NCBI RefSeq assembly: GCF_963921235.1
Contig: NC_086118.1
Span: forward strand, 25,856,001 to 25,920,000
Length of the DNA: 64,000 nucleotides
Reading direction: 5' to 3'
DNA from: Mobula hypostoma
Taxonomy: Eukaryota
Shown piece after piece: positions 1-9,790 of this stretch (position 1 is the first letter of the stretch; each line of letters begins with the position of its first letter). Position numbers and translations under genes: made by a program. The notes beneath the pieces are model-generated. The model saw only the letters and a program-made list of their open reading frames with translations. It was not told the DNA's origin and did no database searches.

Positions 1-239
1 AGAAGAACAAATGTTCTCTTTCTCTGTATTCTGTGTTTTTCTGTCACAAACTAACTTATGATACAAGCATTGATCACATTACCATAGTCAACAAGTGCAA
101 AAATATGTACAAGCTAATACTTTCAGCAGTTTGTTGAAATTTACTGAACGTTTTGGTAAGGGTTTTCACTGAGTTATAGAGAATGGGCAGAGGTCACCTA
201 GTTCATCACTCTCAGGACAGCTGTCTGAGAGACAACTAA

Positions 240-1100
240 TTACTTCATTCCTCTGCTCCTTCCCATAATCCTGAAAAAAAATCTTCTTCAATTATCATCT
301 TGTTCCCTTTTAGAAGTTATTGAATCTGTTTCTAAATCACTTTCATATAGTGCTTTTCAGATATATAATTCGTGTAAAGTTTCTGTTATTATCCTCTCAC
401 CTTTTGCGGCTTCTGGCATTTACTCCTCAATTGCCAGAAAGTGTCTTTTTTAAAATGTATCTTTGGTGATTCTGAACTCCTCTATTACGCCTCCACTGAA
501 TCTTCTCTGCCCCAAGGAGAACGACTCTAGCTTCATCAATCTTGGTATCATTGTAGTAAACCTCTACAGCAACCCTGCCCGAACTTGATATTCTCCCTAA
601 AGTTTGCTGCCCAAAATATCCAGTATTTTATGTTAATATATCTCCCTTGCTTCTGTATTCTAAACCTATAGTTTTGAAGCTAACAATTCTATATTTCTTT
701 CAAACACACTTCTCAACTGGAAACAAGAGAGAATCTGCAGAAGCTGGAAATCCAAACAACACATAAAATGCTCGAGGAACTCAGCCAGGCAGCATCTATG
801 GAAAAAAGTACAGTTGACATGTCGGGCTGAAATCCTTCGGCAGGGCTCAACTGGACCTGCCTTTTGATGAATGTACACCTATGTTACAGCATTGCTTTTA
901 AAATTGTACTGTTTCCTTTACATAACTGTTCTCATTCTTCCTACTAAAAGAGTCACCTCACTTTTATACTTTTTATTTGCAATCTGTCTGCCCCTTTTAC
1001 CTATATATGTCCTTGCATTGGCACACCATGTATTATATTCCATGTATTATGCTATTTGCAAAGTTCTTCATACTGGACATTTCCAAGTATATAACATGGT
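240..1100 (-). mobile_element. Old, degraded CR1 LINE 3' fragment interrupted by a PLE terminal repeat
   Basis: Minus strand near 580-620 reads FWAANFRENIK, resembling the FWSPNLRKDI segment of the CR1 at 28095-29282. Boundaries approximate. Confidence 0.45.
720..858 (-). mobile_element. Penelope-like element terminal repeat with degenerate hammerhead motif
   Basis: Reverse complement of the terminus at 3541-3677. The hammerhead region reads CTGCCGA-A-GGATTTCAGCCC-GACATGTC-AACTG. Confidence 0.75.
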
Positions 1101-1130
1101 GTCAAAATCCATGCTACAAGTACATCTTTT

Positions 1131-1420
1131 GTAGGCATCCATTAGTCTCACGAGACCATGGATTTGCGCCTTGGAAGGTTTTCCTGGGCAAGCTTGTATG
1201 GAAGACCGGCAGTTGCCCATGCTGCAAGTCTCCCCTATCCATGCCACCGATGTTGTCCAAGGGAAGGGCACTAGGGCCGATACAGCTTGGCATTGGTGTC
1301 GTCCCACAGCTACGTGTGGTTAAGTGCCTTGCTCAAGGACACAACACGCTGTCTCAGCTGAGGCTCGAACTACTGACCTTCAGATCACTAGACCGACGCC
1401 TTAACCACTTGGCCACGCAC
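1131..1420 (-). mobile_element. tRNA-derived SINE with CORE-like central domain
   Basis: Minus strand has an A box TGGCCAAGTGG, a B box AGTTCGAGCC, then TGTGTCCTTGAGCAAGGCACTTAACC (MIR/CORE-like). The tail ending GTCTCGTGAGACTAATGGATGCCTAC resembles RTE-type 3' ends. Confidence 0.8.
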
Positions 1421-1779
1421 CAACATCCTTCATAGTTCTTTACAATCGGAAAATCAGTTGATCCACCTCAACACTTGGCGATAAACACACAATTTGTGGT
1501 GAAAGCCACTGGCCTTTCATCGCAAAGGTTTTCTCTATTTCCACTCAATCTCCAGAAATACACTTGAATGAATTAGGAGATCCAGAATAAGCCTGTACAT
1601 TGACACAGCTGATCTTGAATATTTCACCACAAGAAATGACTTTGCAGGGAAAAAGAAAATGCTGCTGAGTTTGTAAAACTGAAATATTACTGTTAGCTAC
1701 TATGATAAGATGTCAATTGGATACCACAGCCTAAAAGAATAGAATTTCTAAGAAAAGGAAGTGAAGCTGTGGTTTTGTT

Positions 1780-1815
1780 AGTCCTGACGAAGGGTCTCGG
1801 CCTGAAACGTCGACT
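1780..1815 (+). ncRNA. Minimal type I hammerhead ribozyme in an isolated PLE terminal repeat (repeat ~1778-1880)
   Basis: AGTC / CTGACGA / A / GGGT-CTCG-GCCT / GAAAC / GTC / GACT. Stem I is AGUC:GACU, the core CUGANGA and GAAA are intact, stem II has a tetraloop, ACGU replaces stem III, and the GUC cleavage triplet ends at 1811. Confidence 0.75.
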
Positions 1816-1889
1816 GCACTTCTTCCCAGAGATGCTGCCTGGCCTGCTGCGTTCACCAGCAACTTTGATGTGTTTTGGTGTCAGTTGTT

Positions 1890-2395
1890 GCCCCATTATA
1901 TGAGGGATGTTAAGGCTTTGGAGAGGATGTAGAAGAGGTTGACCAGGATGCTCCCCGGATTACAGCTATAAAGCAGAGAGATTGGACAAACTTGGGTTGG
2001 TTTCTCTAGAGTGGCAGAGATAAATGGGAGATCTCATACAGAAGTTTATACAATTAGTATCTAATAAGAGTAAACAGCCAAGAATATTTCTCCCATGATT
2101 AAAATGTCTAACACCAGAGGGTATTTATTTAAGGCGAGAGTGGGGTAAGCTCAAAAGAGATGTATGGGGCAAGTTTTCATTTTTTTTAAAAAATACAGAG
2201 AGAATGGTGGGTGCCTAGAATGCACTGCCTGAAGTGGTGGTGGAAGCAAATACAACAGAGGCATTCAAGAAGCTCTTAGATAGGCACACGAATGTGCAGA
2301 AAACTATGGACATTGTGTAGTCCGAAGGTTTTAGTTTAGTTGAGCATTTGATTACTAATTTAATTAGTTCAGCACAAAGTTGTGGGCCAAAGAAG
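1890..2395 (+). mobile_element. CR1 LINE 3' fragment; its tail resumes at ~3680-3736 after a PLE insertion
   Basis: Matches the 3' end of the CR1 at 40470-40965 (AATGCACTGCCTG...GTGGTGGAAGCA; GCACAA..TGTGGGCC), with a TTCTATG-type tail at ~3712-3735. Confidence 0.8.
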
Positions 2396-3677
2396 CACAC
2401 ACAAAATGCTGGAGGAACTCAGCAGGCCAGACAGCATCCATGGAAAAGAGTACAGTTGACCCTTCAGCAGGACTGGAGAAAAAAAGGTAAGAAGTAGATT
2501 TAAAAGGGGGGGGGGAGGGAGGTGAGAGAGAAAAACACAAGGTGATAGCTGAAACCAGGAGAGGGAGGGATGAAGTTTAGAGCTGGGAAGTAGAGGAGGC
2601 CATGGATGCACATATTGGAATGGGAATGGGAAGTGGAATTAAAATGGGTGGCCACTGGGGATCCCACTTCTGGCGGACGGAGTATAGGCGAAACAGTTTC
2701 CCGATCTATGTTGGTTCTCACCGATATACAGGAGGCCACACCGGGAGCACTGAACACAGTATATGACCCTAACAGACTCACAGGTGAAGTGTCGCCTCAC
2801 CCAGAAGGACTGTCTGGGGCCCTGAATGGTAGTGAGAGAGGGGGTGTAGGGGCAGCCGTAGCACTTGTTCTCTTGCAAGGATAAGTGCTAGGAGGAAGAT
2901 CAGTGGGGAAGGGCGAATGGACAAGAGAACTGCATAGGGCGTGATCCCTGCGGAAAGCAGAAAGTTGGGGGGGAGGGAAAGATGTGCTTGGTGGTAGGAT
3001 ACCATTGGAGATGGCACCATAGATGATGTAGATTAGGAGACCACTTCCCCGAGCACCTACACTCCGTCAGCCAGAAAAAGCAGGATCTCCCAGTGGCCAC
3101 CCATTTTAATTCCACTATCCATTCCCAATCTGGTATGTTAATCCATGGCCTCCTCTACTGTCGTGTTGAGGCAACACTCAGGTTGGAGTAACAACACTTA
3201 TATTCTTTCTGGGTAGCCTCCAACCTGATGGCATGAACATTGATCTCTCGAACTTCTGGTAATGGCCCCCTCCTCTCTCCCTTCATCATTCCCATCCCCT
3301 TTTCTCTCTCTCACCTATCTCCTTGCCTGCCCATCAGTTCCTTTGGTGCTTCTCCCTCCCTTTTCGTTCTTCCATGGCTTTCCGCCCTCTCCTATCAGAC
3401 CCCCTCCTTCTCCAGCCCTGTATCTCTTTCTCCAATCAACTTCCCAGCTCTTTACTTCACCCCTACCTCTCCCAGTTTCACCCATCACCTCATGTTTCTC
3501 TCTCACCTCCGCACCTTCTAAATCTTCTCATCTTTTTTCCTCCAGTCCTGCCGAAGGGTCTCAGCCTGAAACGTCGACTGTTCATTTCCATGGATGCTGC
3601 CTGGCCTGCTGAGTTCCTCCAGCATTTTATGTGTGTTGCTTGGATTTCCAGCATCTGCAGATTTCTCTTGTTTGTGA
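2396..3677 (+). mobile_element. Penelope-like element, 5'-truncated with inverted 5' segment (2396-~3020 inverted, ~3021-3677 direct)
   Basis: GIY-YIG motif VIYCVQCSRCGLLYIGE on the minus strand (ORF 2639-2878), PVATHFNS motif in both arms, terminal repeat at both ends in opposite orientation, hammerhead motif at 3543-3580. Confidence 0.85.
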
Positions 3678-3981
3678 TTCTGGGCCAGTGGGCTGGTTAC
3701 TGTGTGAAAATATTCTATTTTTATGTTCTATGTTCCAAATAAGTCATAAAATTAAATGCCTTCACTTAGTCCAAAAGCAATGACTATATCCTATGATTGT
3801 TCCCTATTAACGCCTTCTCGGGAAAACTAGGACAGGCAATATACTGTATGTAGAATTGCTACCAGCACTAACATCCTTAGAACAAATAACAATTAATTAA
3901 TAGATGCAACAATTGATATTAAATCTGACTTTTCTGACATCAGTGGTAGAGAAAGTGATTGAATCTTTGACCAAGAAAATG

Positions 3982-4554
3982 CAGACATCCCACCTCTCCC
4001 GGAACTTCCAGGAGTCTCCTGCAAATTAATAGTGGCTCCCTGATGCCCGCAAATTATATACAATATCACGGAAATCAATTTTTTTGAGAGCGAGTGAGAG
4101 AAAAGCAAGAGAGAGCGCGAGAGCGACCACGAGAGAGAGCGAGGCGAGACAGAAAGCAAGCGAGAGTGCGCGAGCGACCATGAGAGAGAGAGAGCGCACG
4201 AGTGAGAGCGCGCCATGGCAGAGTGTTCCAAAAAAATATATAAAACATACGTCACCCCAGACTACACTAAAGTGTACTCCTGCCTAATAGGGGTCAAAAT
4301 AATGACAGTGTTGCTCGCTGCACTGTTTGCAACAGTGACTTTTCTATTGCCCATGGTGGGTTAAGACTGTAAAAGACGTGTTGAGGTGAGTTTAACAGGT
4401 GTCATTCGTTCATTAGCATAGCTAACGTTATTTAAACTAGCTGGCTAGCTGCTAAGGAGCTACTCTATTGCAGACATCCCACCTCTCCCGGAAGTCTCCC
4501 GCAAGTTGATGGTGCTACCTCCCTGAAATGAGTTTTTGCAGGGTGGGATGTCTG
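3982..4554. mobile_element. Non-autonomous DNA transposon (hAT-like) with 13-bp TIRs
   Basis: CAGACATCCCACC at 3982 and GGTGGGATGTCTG ending at 4554, flanked by AAAATG at 3976-3981 and 4555-4560. Internal GA/CG-rich simple repeat at ~4085-4215. Confidence 0.8.
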
Positions 4555-4774
4555 AAAATGGCATCACAGCACTTGGAAGATAAATGTGGCAGTGGGGAGA
4601 GATGCATGGATTTAATGCAAGTGAAAATCATATGTGACAAATCTTTGGGAATACTTTGGAGGTTGAATCTGTTAGGAGAGACGAGAGTGAATCCATGATG
4701 TGGTGGATTCAGAATTACAGAAGGACTTGCTAAGGTGCCACATGAGATCATTAAATATAATTTGAGCACACAGC

Positions 4775-5140
4775 AGAATCAGAATCAGAATCAGGTTTAT
4801 TATCACCAGCATGTGTAGGGAAAGTTGTTAACTTAGTGGCACCAGTACAATGCAATACATGATAATATAGAAAAAAAATGTAAAAATAAGCAAATCGATT
4901 ACAGTAAGTATATATGCAAATATTAAATAGATAAAGTAAAAATAGTGCAAAAACAAAACTAATATTTAAAAAGTGAGGCAGCGCTCGTGGATTCAAAGTC
5001 CATTTAGAAATCGGATGGCAGGGGGAAGAGGCTGTTCCTGCATTGCTGAGAGTGTGCCTTCAGGCTTCTGTACCTCCTTCCTGAAGGTAACGATGAGAAG
5101 AGGGCATATCCTGTGTAACATGGGGGTAATATCCTGACAT
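4775..5140 (-). mobile_element. Rex1/Babar-type LINE 3' fragment
   Basis: (AGAATC)n tail at ~4774-4793. Minus strand encodes ALFSSLPSGRRYRSLK, as at the C-terminus of the 25150-30885 element. Confidence 0.75.
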
Positions 5141-5179
5141 GGAAAGAAAGAAGAGAGTAGGAATAACTCGAGCCGTACC

Positions 5180-5311
5180 GACAAAGGGTCTCAATGGCCC
5201 TAAACGTCGACTGTTTATTCCTCTCCATAGATGCCGCCTGAGCTCCTAAATTCCTGCAGCATTTTGTATGTGTTGGTCGCGATTTCCAGCATCTGCAGAA
5301 TTCTTTTGTGT
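5180..5311 (+). mobile_element. PLE terminal repeat, degenerate
   Basis: AAGGGTCTC...AAACGTCGACTG...ATTTCCAGCATCTGCAG; the hammerhead core is disrupted. Confidence 0.7.
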
Positions 5312-5369
5312 AGGAATGACTAGGTCATCTCAGGTTGAGAGGTTGTAGGCTACAGGATTCAAGATTTTT

Positions 5370-6020
5370 CAGGGATCAGAACTAAGGCCACAGTTGTGTA
5401 ATCTGGATGAGGGGATCATGTGCAATATATTCAGGGCTGCTGATGAGACTAAACTAAGTGGCAGTGTGGGCTCCAAGGTTGATGCCGAGAGGCCACAAAG
5501 GAATACAGATAGGGTAACTGAATGGAGAAGGGTGGCAGATAGAATATAACACAGACAACTGTAAAGACCATTTTGGCAGAAAAATAAAATGGCAGAGAAT
5601 ATGGTGAGAGAGTGAAAGGCATTGGTGGTTAAAGTGCCCTGTATGTGTATCACTTAAAGTTTATAAACAGGTTTAGTAAGCAAGGCAGCAAACACAAAGA
5701 CATTCTAGGTATGAAGATTTGTAAGACATATTTGGCCTATGTTACGTACCCCGTATCTGGGTTGCCAAACCAGCAGAAATGGACCACTAGTTGGAGTCTG
5801 GATTACTGAAAGCTAATATTAAAGAAATAAGTAACACAGTACTCTAATCGTACGGATATAAATGCAACAGGTTAGCAATGATAAAACACACATGTACACG
5901 GAACTAGGGTAATAGGAATCAATCAAGCTCTATCGCAGTCTAGGGGTAAAATGATCAGTCTCAAGTGACGCAGAGTTCAGTTCAGCTTAGTACAGTTCGC
6001 AGTAATCGCTGTTGTGCCAT

Positions 6021-6057
<37 letters not shown>

Positions 6058-6960
6058 CAAATTTGTTTCAGCAGACCTTTGATGTTCACAGGTGGTTTCG
6101 GGCGGACCCTTTTATGTCTTCTGTGGTCACCAACTGTGAACCCCTCCATTCCGGATACAACCGTTCTTCCGCGGTGAACCCGGCACCCAGGCAAGGGCGG
6201 ACACACACAGCAGGTTCCCACCGATTGTACCCTTTTCACCTTGTGCGTCTATGGTCGGTTCCCGCGAACCAGACCTCCAACTCCCACCAACTTGTGGGGG
6301 CACACCGCTCTTCCAGGGTCTTGTTATCTCGTGATCTCGTGGTGTGTGGTGCCTCAGCGAACCTATTCTTTTTATCCCCCTGCTGGGGTATCGCCTGTCC
6401 ATCAAACTTCAAACAGTTCAGGTTCAAAGCAACCGGTCTGTCAATATTCTGAATTGCATCTCTTTTCGTTATCTCTCTCCTCTCTCATTAACATTTTGAA
6501 CGCTTCTCCATTTGTCTCCCTTATCTCTCTCATCAGCATCAATCGTCTGATAACTTGGTTTGTCGTCACACCTATTACAAGGACTCCTCAGGAAACTTCA
6601 TCTGTGTATATATAGTTTCCTACCTAGAAAATGTATACATGCAATAGATGGAGTGCAGCATTGGTTGGTTCCAATGTTGACAAGTTTGTTGTATGAAAAG
6701 AGATTAAGCAGGTTCGGCATGTACTCTCTAGTCTTTTGATGAATGAGAGATTCTCTCATTGGAAACTACAAATAATTTTATAAAAAAAGTGTTTGAAAGG
6801 TAGAAGCAAAGTTGATGTTTCTCTCCGTTGGCATTTTTAGAACCAGTTGTCATATTCTCAAAATGAAAAACTGTCCCTTCGTGACAATGAGAAGAAATTT
6901 CAACACCGGGTAGGCGGTGAACCTTTGTAATTCACTACCAAAAGGTCTGTGAAGACTAAG
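5370..6960 (+). mobile_element. Old CR1 LINE RT/3' fragment split by a solo LTR
   Basis: GCTGATGAGACTAAACTAAGTGGCAGTGTG (ADDTKLGGSV-like) at ~5440, and CR1-like 3' sequence (GAGAAGAAATTTC...GTGAACCTTTGTAATTCACTACC) at ~6890-6940. Confidence 0.6.
5740..6570. mobile_element. Solo LTR (Gypsy/ERV-type), 831 bp
   Basis: Begins TGTTACG and ends CGTCACA (imperfect terminal inverted repeat), with 4-bp TSD CCTA at 5736-5739 and 6571-6574. Internal (GA)n at ~6023-6054. Confidence 0.8.
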
Positions 6961-7704
6961 CTGCTGACCATTTACAAAGTGCAGAAAAATATACTCCAAG
7001 ATATTCTGGCAATCACGCACCATCAGGTTAATACAGGAATGCAGAACTGGGGGTAAAAGATTCAGCAGGAAGCCAGGATAAAGTGGCCAAATGGCTTTTA
7101 TTTCTGTCATTCTTTTTAAGCAGTTCATGAAAAATATTTTATTTTAAACTATTTGTTAAATAGGTTATCCCCGGTCTAAACCATTCATGAGTAAGAAACT
7201 GAAGAGGTAATTTTTATGTTTTCTTCAGCCAGACAATATTCTCTCAGATCAGTTGGAATTTCTGGAAGTGGCCTGGCCTGCTATCCCACACAGTCAGGAA
7301 CTTCCACAAAAGGCTACGAGAAGTAAAAGTATATTCTACAGCTGTGTGGCACCACTGGCTTACACAGAAAAAAAATAATCGCTCTACTTACCTAGTTGTA
7401 ACAATCCAGTCTATCAATACTGACTGAAATTCAAGTACTTGTAAATAAGTCAGTCAAACCTGTCCATTAGTTTATAATCTTCCTTTCCATCTCTCATAGA
7501 CTGTAGATTAATTTAAGAACTAATCTCATAGCTACTTCATGTGATCCTGGGAGATAGCTCAGACTGTAACCATACAGTTTTATTAAATTTTGCATTATTG
7601 AGTTGAAATAGAGATCACACTAATATTTATTGACTGACTCACAGCATATCATAAAATGATTTTATGGAACATAAATTCCTTGTGAGAGACCAGAAGTGAA
7701 ACCA

Positions 7705-8640
7705 AGATACATCCTCGGAGGTGCTGGGACACATCATCGGTGATGTAATCTGGAGTCATCGAGTGCTGTGGATCTTTCAACATCAGACACCCTCACCCGG
7801 AAATCCTGGGAGACAGTAGGTTCTGCAGAGTGAGCAGCTAGCAAAACCTCCACACCCCTCCTCTATAGGCTTTCAACTTGCCCTCCACTTGGCACTGCTC
7901 TACCAGCTCCTGGTATTTGGCCTTTTTACACTTGAATGCCTCCTCAATCTGGTCTTCCTGAGGCACTGCCGGCTCTACCATGGCTACCTGCTTCAAAGTT
8001 TCTAACATAATGACCATGTCAGACCTCAGGGATGACGATGCGATGAAGTCAGGGAACTTTAAATACTTGCCAAGATCAACTTTCTGTTGCCAGTCAGATC
8101 ATGAACTTGATGCACTGGGATTCTGCCTGCCTGATGGTGGACCAGGAGATCTTCTGCTTGTGCACCCTCCGACCTTCTCCAAGCTCCCTGCTACCTCGTT
8201 CCCACTATCCTGCTGTTTTCCTGGAAATCCACTCATATTCCTTCCTGGACCAGATTGTGTCTCTCCCTGCCCTGGGCCCTGATGAAGCAGATTGAAGGGA
8301 AGCTAAAGGCCCCACCTGACCAGATGCCACCGTTCCTACTAGGTCCCTGTACCTCAGACATGACTCAGCCATCTCCACTGCATCCTGAGCCTTCCAACCC
8401 ACTTGTCTCAGCCTCAATGCCTGCTGTCACTGCAATCTCTGTACAACAGTAACTCTCTTGTACGGAAAACCATAAACTTCTTAGATTACGGAAGGGAAGC
8501 TGCAGTTTATTCCTCTTCCCATAGTCAGCAAATCTGTTCAGGCTATGTGGGAGGCCCAGTCATCTTCCAAGGTAGCTATTGATCTTTCCTTCAAGATCCT
8601 CAACTGTTGACATGGGTACCTCATATTGCCCAGAGGATTA
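7705..8640 (-). mobile_element. HERO-type (restriction-like endonuclease) non-LTR retrotransposon 3' fragment, decayed
   Basis: Manual minus-strand translation gives YEVPMSTVEDLEGKINSYLGR*LGLPHSL...LQLPF, WKAQDAVEMAESCLRYRDLVGTVASG, SDWQQKVDLGKYLKFPDFIASSSLRSDMVIM...VEPAVPQEDQIEEAFKCKKAKYQELVEQC and PIEEGCGGFA, followed by a HERO-like 3'UTR (TACATCACCGATGATGTGTCC). Confidence 0.8.
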
Positions 8641-9265
8641 TAACAACTATAACAACATTTTTTACCACTTACTTATAAATTGTGAAACATTTATCAACAA
8701 TAGCAACTTATCACAGTAATAAATATGACCATTTTTGAAAAGTACTATCTGTGAAAGCTTATATTTTAATGAAATATTCATATTGAAAATTAGACCTTGG
8801 TCTACTCAAAGAGAAAACTAACATTAAGCTATTCACAGTAGAAAGGTGCAAAGGGCTTTCTACCTGATGTCAGTGCATTAGCTATGTGTCATGGTCTGGT
8901 CCATGAAGTCCGCATTCCGGTTCACAGTCCGGTCCGTGGACTCAGGACTCTGGGTCTTCCAGCTGTCCCTTGTTTTGATTGAGTTAAGCATAGGCACCCG
9001 ATTCCCATCTTGGGGCTTGGATTATAAGTAGCCTTGGGGTTGAGTGTGAGCTGCTGGTTTGTCTCGTCGGTCCCCCCTGGAGCAACCTGTTGATGGAAGG
9101 CTAGAGAAACCATTCGTGATCTCTAGGCCTGGTTGGAGGACCACTGCTTCATGGAGCCTTGTTACCACTCGTCAGAGCAGTCATCATGGTATGGATTCCA
9201 CCGTTTCTGTAGCCAGCCAAGGTTGCTGGCTGCCCCCAAAACTCAGAGCCATCCCGGATTGAGCT

Positions 9266-9560
9266 CCTTTCCTGTCCTTGCCTCTATTGGGTAAGCCAGG
9301 TTGTAACTGCTGTTACCCTGCGGTTGGTTCTGTCCTTTCCTGTCCCTTGCCTCCGTTGGGTAAGCCAGGCCAATTGCTGTTACCCTGCGGTTGGTTCTGT
9401 CCTTTCCTGTCCCTTGCCTCCGTTGGGTAAGCCAGGCCAATTGCTGTTACCCTGCGGTTGGTTCTGTCTCTTCCTGTCCCTTGTCTCCATCGGGTAAGCA
9501 GGCCGTTTGTCGTTACCCTGCAGTTGGGTCTGTCCCTCCCTGTCCTTGCCTCCGTGGGGT
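9266..9560. repeat. 67-bp tandem repeat, about 4.5 copies
   Basis: Unit CCTTTCCTGTCCCTTGCCTCCGTTGGGTAAGCCAGGCCAATTGCTGTTACCCTGCGGTTGGTTCTGT; copies start at 9334 and 9401. Confidence 0.9.
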
Positions 9561-9586
9561 GAAGTTCCACGTCCTGCCCGGGTGTA

Positions 9587-9790
9587 GCTCCAAGAACCCA
9601 AGCCTCGAAGATGCCCAGCCAAGCTCCAAGAACACAAGCCTCGAAGATGCCCAGCCAAGCTCTAAGAACACAAGCCTTGAAGATGCCCAGCCAAGCTCCA
9701 AGAACACAAGCCTTGAAGATGCCAAGCCAGGCTCCAAGAACACAAGCCTCGAAGATGCCAAGCCAAGCTCCAAGGACACAAGCCTCAAGA
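9587..9790. repeat. 36-bp tandem repeat, about 5.5 copies
   Basis: Unit AGCTCCAAGAACACAAGCCTCGAAGATGCCCAGCCA; translates as the repeated SSKNTSLEDAQP in the ORF track. Confidence 0.9.

Noticed and set aside
1340..1420. tRNA-like sequences here and at ~62830-62901
   Set aside because: They are SINE heads attached to SINE bodies and tails; no convincing cloverleaf.
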